In this document: positions 1 through 8,825 of the stretch, in pieces
Layout: each line of letters starts with the position of its first letter
Position numbering within the stretch: the stretch's first letter is position 1
Source of the DNA: an uncultured Erysipelotrichaceae bacterium
Lineage (GTDB): Bacteria; Bacillota_I; Bacilli_A; RF39; UBA660
Reading direction: 5' to 3'
Length of the DNA: 38,223 bases
Assembly (NCBI GenBank): GCA_902783555.1
Contig: CACZRB010000073.1
Location: 1-38,223, forward strand
Translations under genes and position numbers: made by a program
Notes under the pieces: model-generated
Told to the model about the DNA's origin: nothing
The model's input: only the letters and a program-made list of their open reading frames with translations
Database searches by the model: none

Positions 1-1
1 A

Positions 2-691
2 ATTTTTGATAAAATAAAAGATGATGAAAAGAGAATATGGTATATAAATCAAACTGCAAAAAATGGTTGGGGATATTATGATTTATTTGATGAAATAAAG
101 TATAATGCATATTCAAGACATAAATCAGCTGACAAACTAAATAATTTTAATAAAACATTACCAAATCCACAAGATAAAATTGCAAAAGAAATTATGAAAG
201 ATCCATATATATTCGATATAACAACATTAAGAAAAGATTATATAGAGAAAGAATTAGAAACTGCTATGGTAGATAAAATTAAAATGACTCTATTGGCACT
301 TGGTAATGGCTTTAGCTTTGTTGGAAATCAATATAGAATAACAGTAGAAAATGAAGATTATTTTATTGATTTATTATTCTATCATATAAAATTACATTGT
401 TATATTGTAGTAGAATTAAAAAGCACTAAGTTTAAACCAGAATATACTGGAAAAATGAATTTTTATTTGTCAGCAATAGATGAATTGTTAAAAAGTAAAA
501 ACGATAATCCTTCAATTGGACTTATTTTATGCAAAGATAAAAACAAATATTCAGTTGAGTATGCATTAAAAGATATTAATAAGCCAATTGGAGTTAGCTC
601 TTATGAACTAAAAAAATATCTACCTAATGATATCTTAAAAGAATTGCCAACTGAAGAAGAGTTAAATTTACATATAAATATAGAAAAATAG
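2..691 (+). CDS. PDDEXK-nuclease domain protein, YhcG/DUF1016 family (5' end outside window)
   Basis: The frame of the 194..691 ORF stays open back to nt 2 (IFDKIKDDEKRIWYINQTAKNGWGYYDLFDEI...). The C-terminal core GNQYRITVENEDYFIDLLFYHIKLHCYIVVELKSTKF looks like the D...ExK nuclease core of YhcG-like proteins. Confidence 0.8.
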   Translation: MFDKIKDDEKRIWYINQTAKNGWGYYDLFDEIKYNAYSRHKSADKLNNFNKTLPNPQDKIAKEIMKDPYIFDITTLRKDYIEKELETAMVDKIKMTLLALGNGFSFVGNQYRITVENEDYFIDLLFYHIKLHCYIVVELKSTKFKPEYTGKMNFYLSAIDELLKSKNDNPSIGLILCKDKNKYSVEYALKDINKPIGVSSYELKKYLPNDILKELPTEEELNLHINIEK

Positions 692-1032
692 CACCATTTT
701 GTAGCCACAAGAAATTTAGCAAGATTATATAAACGTACTAATCGGGAAAAACTATAGATTTAGCAGTTAATAGAAATATTGAAAGATTTCCAGGAAATTT
801 TTATTTCCAATTGACTAAGGAAAAATACAATAATTTGAAGTTTCAATTTGAAACTTCAAATTATAGTAATAATATAGGTGATGTCAGAAAGTTATCATAT
901 GTATTTACAGAATAGGGTGTTGCCATGTTAGCAACTGTTTTGAGAACAAAAATTGTTTCTCAAATGAGTGTTTCAATAATGAGAGCCTTTGTGACAATGC
1001 GTAAATATATATCGTCCAATTTAATTGAATAA
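692..1032 (+). pseudogene. Decayed ORF6N-domain (KilA-N-like DNA-binding) gene remnant
   Basis: Conceptual translation gives ..NLARLYKRTN.. then, after a frame change, TIDLAVNRNIERFPGNFYFQLTKEKYNNLKFQFETS...RKLSYVFTE*GVAMLATVLRTKIVSQMSVSIMRAFVTMRKY. This matches the ORF6N signature (NIERFP..F.FQLT, GVAMLS.VL.S..A..V.I.IMRAFV). There is an in-frame TAG at 913-915, at least one frameshift, and no N-terminus or RBS. Confidence 0.55.
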
Positions 1033-1185
1033 AAATTTATCAATAAACAAGTATTAATAGAATTGGATATAAAACATTTTCAATTAATCTAATAGATGTT
1101 GGAAAAGTTTGCAATCTATTTATGTTTAGTAAATATTTTAGTTTCTTTTTCCTTTTGAATTTTATATAATTAAATAGGTGATAAC

Positions 1186-2061
1186 ATGCAAAGATTTAAA
1201 GATGTTAAAAAAGCAAGCATTTTAGGTATTGCTGGCAATTTATTTTTACTAATTATTAAAGGAATTATTGGGCTTATTACAAGAAGTGAAGCTATGATAG
1301 CTGACGCTTTTAATAGTGCTGGTGATATTGTCTCATCTTTAATGACTTATATTGGAAATAGAATTGCAAGTAAACCTTCAGATGAAGATCATAATTTAGG
1401 CCATGGTAAAGCCGAATATATCTATTCTATGTTAGTTAGTATTATCATTATAATGACTTCATATATTGTTTTAAAAGATAGTATTATATCTATAATTAAG
1501 CACTCTAAATTTACGTTTTCACCTTACTTAATAATAGTTTGTATAATTACAATAGTAGTAAAATTATCTCTTTATTTATATACGTCAAAATTAGGTAAAA
1601 AATATCATAATTTACTCATTGAAGCTAATTCTAAAGACCATCGTAATGATATATTTATTTCTTTATTAAATTTAATATCATGTATATTTGCTTTAAAAAA
1701 TATTTATATAGTAGATAGCATAGTTGGTATTTTAATTGGTCTTTGGATTTTGTTAACCGGAATTAAAATATTTAAAGAAAGTTATAATGTATTAATGGAT
1801 AAATGTATATCTGATGAAGTAAAGACTCAAGTATTTAAAATAATTAATACTCATGAAGAAATAAAGAAAGTAATTCATTTTAATTCAACACCAGTCGGAT
1901 ATAAATATCAAATATCTTTTACAATATATGTAGATGGTAATTTATCTACTTTTGAAAGTCATAAAATAGCTGATACTTTGGAAAAAGAAATTGATAAAAA
2001 GATAGATGAAATATATTTAACAGTTATTCATGTCAATCCTTGGGAAGAATTAAATTTATAA
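1186..2061 (+). CDS. Cation diffusion facilitator (CDF) family divalent-metal efflux transporter
   Basis: 291 aa with about six hydrophobic helices. CDF motifs are present: ADAFNSAGDIVSS (TM2), HNLGHGKAEY and DHRNDIF (TM5), plus a C-terminal cytoplasmic domain. RBS AGGTGA lies upstream. Confidence 0.9.
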   Translation: MQRFKDVKKASILGIAGNLFLLIIKGIIGLITRSEAMIADAFNSAGDIVSSLMTYIGNRIASKPSDEDHNLGHGKAEYIYSMLVSIIIIMTSYIVLKDSIISIIKHSKFTFSPYLIIVCIITIVVKLSLYLYTSKLGKKYHNLLIEANSKDHRNDIFISLLNLISCIFALKNIYIVDSIVGILIGLWILLTGIKIFKESYNVLMDKCISDEVKTQVFKIINTHEEIKKVIHFNSTPVGYKYQISFTIYVDGNLSTFESHKIADTLEKEIDKKIDEIYLTVIHVNPWEELNL

Positions 2062-2100
2062 ATTAAACTATTATAACAAAAATTATGCAAGATTATTAAC

Positions 2101-2130
2101 TTGACGCGGTGTGGGTACTAATTATATAAT
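2101..2130 (+). promoter_or_regulatory. Sigma-A type promoter of the surface-protein gene (TTGACG-18-TATAAT)
   Basis: TTGACG at 2101-2106 and TATAAT at 2125-2130. RBS AAAAGGAG at 2143-2150 precedes ATG 2163. Confidence 0.6.
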
Positions 2131-2162
2131 AAAGTAGAAAATAAAAGGAGAATTATTAACTA

Positions 2163-2897
2163 ATGAAAAGAAAACAAAAAGGAATATTAATTGTAAGTTT
2201 AATAGCTTTAATACTTATGACAATTGGTATAACTTATGCATATTTTACCGCAAGTATAGAAAATAATGAAACTGCTTCTACTGTTGTAGTAACCGGCGGT
2301 ATAATGCAAATAGAGTACTCAGAGAATTCTAATGTCATACTTATGGAAAATATATATCCAAGAGAGGAAGCCTTGGTAACTAAGACAATAACTATAACGG
2401 GAACTAATACAACTGATTTACAAATGAGATATGACTTAGGAATAAACGTTGTTGATAATACATTTGGGCACTACTTATCATGTAATTTAACACTACTAGA
2501 AGGAGATAATGGAGCACCAATAGAAAATATAACAGATAAAGTAATAGCAGGAACCGGATATAAAAGATTTGGCATAGGATATTTTGCAAATGCCAATGAA
2601 AAGGTACATAAGTATGAATTAAAAATATATTTTAAAGATAATGGTAATAATCAAAATGATGTTCAGGAAGCAGTATTTAATGCTAAAGTGGAAATGCGTG
2701 ATGCCGGAAGTGGTGATTCTAATGAAGCACCAACAATGTTTTTAACAGGAAAAGAAGTAAATATCAAGATGAAAAATTTAGCCAATATTGCTAACGGTGA
2801 TGAGACTATAGTAACAGCTGCTAGTACAGAAAATACAACTATAACTGCTATTCGAAGAAGCAATACATTAAAAGAAGGGTTGACGAAGAAAATATAG
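2163..2897 (+). CDS. Surface protein, N-terminal segment: TasA/camelysin (SipW-type)-like signal peptide plus beta-rich domain; reading frame broken near 2877-2897
   Basis: N-terminus is MKRKQKGILIVSLIALILMTIGITYAYFTASIENNE (K-rich n-region, hydrophobic core, TYAYF(T/S)A). It is paralogous to 18713..18958+18975.. (NIYPREEALVTKTITITGTNTTD versus NIYPRKEAWITKK-ITLTGYNTTD; YELKIYFKDNGNNQN versus YELKIFFKDTGKNQN). Confidence 0.8.
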   Translation: MKRKQKGILIVSLIALILMTIGITYAYFTASIENNETASTVVVTGGIMQIEYSENSNVILMENIYPREEALVTKTITITGTNTTDLQMRYDLGINVVDNTFGHYLSCNLTLLEGDNGAPIENITDKVIAGTGYKRFGIGYFANANEKVHKYELKIYFKDNGNNQNDVQEAVFNAKVEMRDAGSGDSNEAPTMFLTGKEVNIKMKNLANIANGDETIVTAASTENTTITAIRRSNTLKEGLTKKI

Positions 2898-2929
2898 TAT
2901 CAACAGATACTAGTGCATATCCAATTTAT

Positions 2930-3616
2930 ATGTGGTATGAGGATGGAATAATCTATTATTATACTAGTGCATATAACCCAAGTTTAAATAGTGATGCAGA
3001 ACAGATGTTTGGACTTCTTAGCAATTTATCAGATATATCTGGAATAAGGGATATTGATGTTTCAAATGTGATAAGTATGAAATATATGTTTGTAAGGTGT
3101 ATCAATTTAGTAGAAGCTGACTTAAGTAATTGGAATACTAATAAATTAACAAATATAGCTGCTATGTTTCAAATGGCTATCACTCCTGATGAAATGCATA
3201 ACTCAATAAATAATAAATTAAAAAGAATAATACTATCTGAAAACTTTACTTTTGATCCTAATGCTACAGAAACAGCAGTATGGCAATTTGCATCGGGTGC
3301 TATTAACTTAGAAGATTATGAATTTGTAAAATACATTGATGTAAGTAAAGCAAAATCACTTGGTAGTTTTTTTAGCAATAACAGAAAACTTAAAAATCTA
3401 AATGGGTTAAAAAACTGGGATGTATCTAATTCAACAGAATTTCAATTTATGTTTAAAGGATGCACATCATTAACTGATGCAAGTGCTATAAATAATTGGA
3501 ATATCAAATCTAATGCAAATTTTAGAGAAATGTTTCGTTATGCTCCTATTCATGCAAATTTTACAAAAATTGCTGGTACATGGAATAGTGTAGGCACTTT
3601 TGTACCTAATAGTTAA
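2930..3616 (+). CDS. Surface protein, C-terminal segment with DUF285/BspA-like (about 25-26 aa) repeats; same gene as 2163..2897 in another frame
   Basis: This frame is open from 2825 and reads ..VDEENIVSTDTSAYPIYMWYEDGIIYYYTS.., then repeats of the type DVSNVISMKYMF, DLSNWNTNKLTNIAAMF, LKNWDVSNSTEFQFMF and INNWNIKSNANFREMF. No RBS precedes ATG 2930. Confidence 0.75.
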   Translation: MWYEDGIIYYYTSAYNPSLNSDAEQMFGLLSNLSDISGIRDIDVSNVISMKYMFVRCINLVEADLSNWNTNKLTNIAAMFQMAITPDEMHNSINNKLKRIILSENFTFDPNATETAVWQFASGAINLEDYEFVKYIDVSKAKSLGSFFSNNRKLKNLNGLKNWDVSNSTEFQFMFKGCTSLTDASAINNWNIKSNANFREMFRYAPIHANFTKIAGTWNSVGTFVPNS

Positions 3617-3628
3617 AAATATGTAATT

Positions 3629-3668
3629 AACCTTATTTCATTAATCTGAAATAAGGTTTTATATTTTT
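3629..3668 (+). terminator. Rho-independent terminator
   Basis: Perfect 12-bp stem AACCTTATTTCA/TGAAATAAGGTT with loop TTAATC, followed by a T-rich tail. Confidence 0.8.
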
Positions 3669-3729
3669 AAAAATACATCTTTAAATAATTATAAAAATAA
3701 AGTATAATAATATAAGAATAGAGGGGCAT

Positions 3730-4950
3730 ATGAATATAATTGATATAATTAATAAGAAAAGATTAAATCAAGCACTTACATATGATGAATTATCATATGC
3801 TTTTAATGGTTATTTAAAAGGTGATATAGAAGACTATCAAATGAGTTCATTGTTAATGGCAATAACTATTAATGGCTTATCATTTGATGAGACATATATG
3901 CTAACTAAAATATTTATTTTAAGTGGAGAAAGATATCATTTTGATAAAAAAGTATGTGATAAACATAGTACTGGAGGAGTAGGAGATACTGTAACATTAG
4001 TAATTGCTCCTATTTTAGCTGCATTAGATGTTCCAATTGCTAAAATGAGCGGCAAAGGATTAGGTATAACAGGTGGTACGATTGATAAATTAGAAAGTAT
4101 TCCTGGATTTAATGTTAATTTAACTAAAAAAGATTATATTAATAATATTAATAAATGTAATATTGCAATTGGAGCTCAAACTTCCGATTTAGTTCCTCTA
4201 GATAAAGTAATATATGCTTTAAGAGATGTAACAGGTACTACTGAATCTATTCCATTAATTGCTTCATCAATCATGAGTAAAAAAATAGCATCAGGAGCAT
4301 CATTTATTGTAATCGATATTAAATGTGGTGAAGGTGCTTTAATTAAGACTAAAGATGATGCTAATATGCTTAGTGAATGGTTAATTAAATTAGGCAGAAG
4401 ATATGGTGTTAATGTAAAAACCTTAATTACTAATATGGATGAACCATTATCTAATTCAATTGGAAATGCATTAGAAGTAGTAGAAGCTATTGAAGTATTA
4501 AAAGGAAAAGAAACTCGTCTTACCAAAATATCTTTAGAAGTAGCTGCAACATTAATTGCTGCATATAAAGGACTTACTTATGAATCTGGTTATATATTAG
4601 CTAAAAAAGTAATTAACAATGGTTCAGCATATAAATCATTTGAAAAATGGATTAAAACACAAGGTGGAGATTTATCTAAACTAAAAGTAAGTAAATATAT
4701 ATTTCATTTAAAAAGTAATAAAGAGGGAATAATAACTAATGTTAGTGCACTTGCATGTGGAAAATTATCCGTTAAATTAGGGGCTGGAAGACTTACCAAA
4801 AATTCTAAGATTGATTACGGAGTTGGCATCAAACTCAATAAAAATAAAGGCGATAAAGTTAAAGTAGGAGATTTACTTGCTGATATATATGTTCCTAATA
4901 ATGACTTTGAACTTTCTAAAGAAGATTTGAAAATATTTACAATTGAATAA
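3730..4950 (+). CDS. pdp: Pyrimidine-nucleoside (thymidine) phosphorylase
   Basis: Family motifs DKHSTGGVGD, KMSGKGLGITGGTIDKLESIPGF, ALRDVTGTTESIPLIASSIMSKK. RBS GAGGGG lies upstream. Confidence 0.92.
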   Translation: MNIIDIINKKRLNQALTYDELSYAFNGYLKGDIEDYQMSSLLMAITINGLSFDETYMLTKIFILSGERYHFDKKVCDKHSTGGVGDTVTLVIAPILAALDVPIAKMSGKGLGITGGTIDKLESIPGFNVNLTKKDYINNINKCNIAIGAQTSDLVPLDKVIYALRDVTGTTESIPLIASSIMSKKIASGASFIVIDIKCGEGALIKTKDDANMLSEWLIKLGRRYGVNVKTLITNMDEPLSNSIGNALEVVEAIEVLKGKETRLTKISLEVAATLIAAYKGLTYESGYILAKKVINNGSAYKSFEKWIKTQGGDLSKLKVSKYIFHLKSNKEGIITNVSALACGKLSVKLGAGRLTKNSKIDYGVGIKLNKNKGDKVKVGDLLADIYVPNNDFELSKEDLKIFTIE

Positions 4951-4960
4951 AATAATTATA

Positions 4961-4992
4961 AGAACTTTTATGCTATGAAAAGTTCTTTTTAA
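4961..4992 (+). terminator. Rho-independent terminator after pdp
   Basis: Stem AGAACTTTT/AAAAGTTCT with loop ATGCTATG, then a T-run. Confidence 0.75.
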
Positions 4993-5072
4993 TTTTAAAA
5001 TTTTTTTAAATATAACTTTACAAATATCATTTAAAAATATATAATAAATTACATATTTTGGAGGCGAATAAA

Positions 5073-7343
5073 ATGGATAAAAACTTACCTGTTTTACTAC
5101 TAAAAAAACTATCCCTTTTACCAACCCAAGAAGTCCGTTTAGAATTAAATAATGAATTATCTGAAAAAATAATAGATAAATCAATATCTACATTTGATAA
5201 GAAAATAATTGTAATTTTACCAAATAATTCTTTAGAAGAATCACCTACAATTACAGATTTACCTGAAATTGGAGTATTAGCTCAGGTTAAATCATGTGTT
5301 ATTCTTCCAAATAAGAATTATCGCATTGTTTTAAGAGGTTTAAATAGAATTAAAATTAATAAATATTCTAATTATAAAGAAGATAAAAGTATCTTAATTG
5401 CAAATATTAAAAGAATTTTTATTGAAAAAGAAGAAACTGTAGAACAAAAAGCGCTAAAAAAGAAAATTATTTCTCTTTTAAACAAATATATTTCAGTATC
5501 TAGTCAAACTTCAAATAGTATTTTATCTAAAATTAAAGATGATATTACTTTAGATATATTAACCGATTTAGTTGTTAATTTTTTAAAGTTTCCCATGGAA
5601 AAGAAACTTTTATATATGAATGAGTTTGATGAAACATTAAGAGCTAAAATGCTTATTAAAGACTTAAATATTGAACTTGAAGTAATTGAATTAAACAATA
5701 AAATTGATGAGGAAATAAGAGAGTCATTTGATAATGAGCAAAAAGAATACTTAATTAAAGCTAAAATTGATAAATTAAATGAAGAATTAGGTATAAAATC
5801 AACTAAAGATAGTGAAGTAGATTTATATTATCAAAAGGTAAAAGATTTAAATGTATCAGACAAAATAAAGAAAAAATTAGAAAATGAAATATCTAAATAT
5901 GAATATACTCCTAGTAATAATCCGGAAATTTCCGTAATAAGAAACTATATTGATACATTTTTATCATTACCATTCAATAAATCATCTAAAGAAGAAACTA
6001 AAGAAGAAAAAATTAGTAAAGTATTAAATGCATCTCATTATAAAATGGATAATGTAAAAAGACGTATTATAGAGTATGCTATTTTAAAAGAAAAAAATAA
6101 ATCATTAGAAAATCCTATTATATGTTTAATTGGTGCACCTGGTGTAGGTAAGAGTACCATTGCAATGGCTATAGCATCTTCCTTAAAGCGTGAATTTTAT
6201 AAAATAAGTGTTGGTGGATTAAATGATTCAGCTGAACTTATTGGGCACAGACGTACTTATTTAGGTGCAGCACCAGGAAAAATAATTGAGGCTTTAATAA
6301 AATGTGGAAATAATAATCCTGTTATCTTAATTGATGAAGTAGATAAAATGGTAAAGGATTATAAAGGAGATCCTGCTAGTGTTCTATTAGATATATTAGA
6401 TCCTAATTTAAATAAAGAATTTATTGATAATTATATTGAAGAACCTTTTGATTTATCTAATGTATTATTTATCTTAACTGCTAATGATATAGATGGTATA
6501 CCAGCTGTTTTAAGAGATCGATTAGAAATTATTACATTAGATAATTATACAGTTTTTGATAAAAAAGAAATTGCAGTAAACTATTTAATTCCAGATATTT
6601 GTAAAAAATATGGTATAAGAAAAATAAATCTTACTGATGATGAAGTTTTATCTTTAATAAAAGAATATACTAGTGAACCAGGTGTTCGTGAATTAGAAAG
6701 AACATTAGATGATATAATTAGGTATATGATTATTCATAATATTAAAGAAGAACCTAATTTAAAAGAAATACTTGGAAAGCCAAAGTTTATTTATAAAGAG
6801 CCACATAATCTAGTCGGAGAAGCTAATATAATTGGAGTATCTCCTTTAGGAGGATCATTAATTAAAATATCTTCTATTATGGTACCAATGATGTATGATT
6901 CTAATATTACTGGTAATATTGGAGAAGAATTAAGAGATTCTATTAAAGTAGTTCAAAGTTATTTAAAATCGAATAATTATATGGATTATAAAAAGAGTAC
7001 TAATGGAATTCATATTCATTTTGATACTCATAAATTTAAACTTGATGGTTCAAGTGGTTCTCTTGGAGTTGCTATGAGTTTATGTAGTTTATTTAGTAAT
7101 AAACAAATACCTTCTGATATAGCTTTTTTAGGTTCATTAGATTTATATGGAAGAATATTAAAAGTTGCTCGTCTTAGAGATAAAGTTATAACTGCATATA
7201 ATAATGGTATTAAAATGTTATTTGTCCCTTTAGATAATAAAGTAGATGAAGATGATATTCCAGAATTTATATTAAAAGAATTAAATATAATTTATGTTTC
7301 TTCTTTTGAAGAAGTATACAGTTTAATAATTAAAAAGAAATAG
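5073..7343 (+). CDS. lon: ATP-dependent Lon protease (LonA type)
   Basis: Has an N-terminal LON substrate-binding domain, Walker A GAPGVGKST and Walker B ILIDEVDKM. The protease domain has Ser in DGSSGS and Lys 43 residues downstream (LRDK), the same spacing I recall for E. coli Ser679 and Lys722. GGAGG at 5060-5064 favours ATG 5073 over the TTG at 5058 used by the ORF track. Confidence 0.92.
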   Translation: MDKNLPVLLLKKLSLLPTQEVRLELNNELSEKIIDKSISTFDKKIIVILPNNSLEESPTITDLPEIGVLAQVKSCVILPNKNYRIVLRGLNRIKINKYSNYKEDKSILIANIKRIFIEKEETVEQKALKKKIISLLNKYISVSSQTSNSILSKIKDDITLDILTDLVVNFLKFPMEKKLLYMNEFDETLRAKMLIKDLNIELEVIELNNKIDEEIRESFDNEQKEYLIKAKIDKLNEELGIKSTKDSEVDLYYQKVKDLNVSDKIKKKLENEISKYEYTPSNNPEISVIRNYIDTFLSLPFNKSSKEETKEEKISKVLNASHYKMDNVKRRIIEYAILKEKNKSLENPIICLIGAPGVGKSTIAMAIASSLKREFYKISVGGLNDSAELIGHRRTYLGAAPGKIIEALIKCGNNNPVILIDEVDKMVKDYKGDPASVLLDILDPNLNKEFIDNYIEEPFDLSNVLFILTANDIDGIPAVLRDRLEIITLDNYTVFDKKEIAVNYLIPDICKKYGIRKINLTDDEVLSLIKEYTSEPGVRELERTLDDIIRYMIIHNIKEEPNLKEILGKPKFIYKEPHNLVGEANIIGVSPLGGSLIKISSIMVPMMYDSNITGNIGEELRDSIKVVQSYLKSNNYMDYKKSTNGIHIHFDTHKFKLDGSSGSLGVAMSLCSLFSNKQIPSDIAFLGSLDLYGRILKVARLRDKVITAYNNGIKMLFVPLDNKVDEDDIPEFILKELNIIYVSSFEEVYSLIIKKK

Positions 7344-7367
7344 TTCACTTGGGTGGACTATTTTTTA
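7342..7367 (+). terminator. Probable lon terminator
   Basis: Stem AGTTCAC/GTGGACT (7 bp, one G-U pair) with loop TTGG, followed by ATTTTTT. It overlaps the lon stop codon. Confidence 0.55.
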
Positions 7368-7380
7368 AAGTTTATATATT

Positions 7381-7465
7381 CAAGTGAACAATTTTGCTAA
7401 AAATGTAAAAATCGTTCACTTGACTGAACAATTTTATTGACTTTGATAAAATTGTTCACTATAAT
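7381..7465 (+). promoter_or_regulatory. Consensus promoter (TTGACT-17-TATAAT) embedded in an operator-like palindrome and repeated GTGAAC/GTTCAC motifs
   Basis: -35 is at 7437-7442 and -10 at 7460-7465. A perfect inverted repeat TGAACAATTTT (7425-7435) / AAAATTGTTCA (7448-7458) brackets the -35. A third copy, GTGAACAATTTT, is at 7384-7395. GTTCACTTG occurs at 7343, 7413 and, inverted, at 7381. Confidence 0.65.
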
Positions 7466-7487
7466 TAATTTAGAGGTGAATAGATTT

Positions 7488-8678
7488 ATGATTAAGCGTG
7501 AACATTATCTTGCACAAATTAGAGGTTTTTATGATTCTGATTTAATAAAAATTATTGTTGGAGTACGTAGATGTGGTAAATCAATTATTTTGGAGCAAAT
7601 TATGAAAGAAATAAAAAAACAAAGTAATAATATTATATATTTAAATTTTGAAGATGAACGTATTAAATCAAATATATTTGATTGTAATAAACTTCTTGAA
7701 TATGTTGAAAATAATAAAAAAGATGGAAAATGTTATTTATTCTTTGATGAAATCCATGAGGTTAAAGATTGGGAAAAAGCTATAAAGACTTTAAGATTAT
7801 ATGATAATTCTGTTTTTATAACAGGTTCGAATTCTAAAATTCTTTCAAAGGAATATACTGACGCTTTTAGTGGTAGATATGTATCTTTTAGAATAAGACC
7901 ATTCGTTTATAAAGAAATACTTGCTTATGCTAAAGAGTTAAATAAAGATGTATCCATAACTGATTATTTAATATGGGGCGGATTCCCAAAAAGATTTGAA
8001 TTTAATCAAAATGATATGATAACTTATTTAAATGATTTAAATGAGTCAATAATTGTTAAAGATTTAATACTAAGGTTTAATATTAAAAATGAAGAATTAT
8101 TTAGAAGAATAGTGAACTATGTTCTTGTGTCTAATTCTAGAATTTTTTCTTCAAGATCAATTGAAACTTACTTAAAAAATGAAAATGTAAATGGGTCAAT
8201 TAATACAATTATTAAATATTTAGGCTATTTAGAAAAAGCTTTTGTTATTAATAAGATTAATCCATATTCAACTAAAACAAAAAATGAATTATTATATTAT
8301 TTTAAAATTTATGATGAAGATGTATCTTTTAATTCATTAAGAAGTTTGAATAATCGTTATGATTTATCTCATAATTTAGAAAATATTGTATATAATGAAT
8401 TATTATATATGAATTATAGTTTAAAAGTCTTAAACAAGAATGATGATAAGGAAATAGACTTTGTTGCGTATAAAGATGGTAAAGAATATTATATTCAAGT
8501 TGCTTATAGTGTAGAAAATGAAAAAACTTATGAAAGAGAGTTTTCTGCGTTTAATAATTTAGATAATGCGCATAAAAAAATAATTATTACTAATGATGAA
8601 ATTGATTATTCTACAAGTACAGTTGAACATATAAAATTAAAAGATTTTCTATTAATGAACTCTCTTGATGAAATATAA
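7488..8678 (+). CDS. AAA+ ATPase of the AAA_14/DUF4143 type (function unknown)
   Basis: Walker A GVRRCGKS and Walker B LFFDEIH, about 400 aa, with the architecture typical of the widespread ATP-binding protein family carrying a C-terminal DUF4143 domain. ATG 7488 has RBS AGAGGTG. The track start, TTG 7437, lies inside the promoter. Confidence 0.85.
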   Translation: MIKREHYLAQIRGFYDSDLIKIIVGVRRCGKSIILEQIMKEIKKQSNNIIYLNFEDERIKSNIFDCNKLLEYVENNKKDGKCYLFFDEIHEVKDWEKAIKTLRLYDNSVFITGSNSKILSKEYTDAFSGRYVSFRIRPFVYKEILAYAKELNKDVSITDYLIWGGFPKRFEFNQNDMITYLNDLNESIIVKDLILRFNIKNEELFRRIVNYVLVSNSRIFSSRSIETYLKNENVNGSINTIIKYLGYLEKAFVINKINPYSTKTKNELLYYFKIYDEDVSFNSLRSLNNRYDLSHNLENIVYNELLYMNYSLKVLNKNDDKEIDFVAYKDGKEYYIQVAYSVENEKTYEREFSAFNNLDNAHKKIIITNDEIDYSTSTVEHIKLKDFLLMNSLDEI

Positions 8679-8825
8679 AAATAATTTTTAATGAAAATTA
8701 ATTACTTTATTCAAAATGCATGTTAATCCTTACATTTTTTTAAGTTTTTAGAAAGGGATAACCTTTAATTTTTCTTTATTAAAATTTATTTTTTTGATAG
8801 AATTGTATTTATGGAAGTGATTTAA

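Noticed and set aside
1033-1185. NiCo (czcD) or other metal riboswitch upstream of the CDF transporter
   Set aside because: The spacer is almost pure A/T and lacks the G/C-rich conserved helices and junction nucleotides of czcD or yybP-ykoY motifs.
5058-5072. TTG start for lon given by the ORF track
   Set aside because: The GGAGG at 5060-5064 lies inside that extension and is correctly spaced for ATG 5073.
4873-5184. 103-aa minus-strand ORF across the pdp-lon spacer
   Set aside because: It runs through the pdp terminator and the lon RBS and start, and has no SD. It is an AT-rich artefact.
7000-7250. Possible loss of the Lon catalytic Lys (the motif reads LRDK instead of LKEK)
   Set aside because: Counting from the catalytic Ser in DGSSGS, the retained Lys is at +43, the same spacing I recall for E. 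coli S679 and K722. The dyad therefore appears intact.
7437-7487. TTG start for the ATPase given by the ORF track
   Set aside because: That TTG is the -35 hexamer (TTGACT) of a consensus promoter. ATG 7488 has its own RBS.
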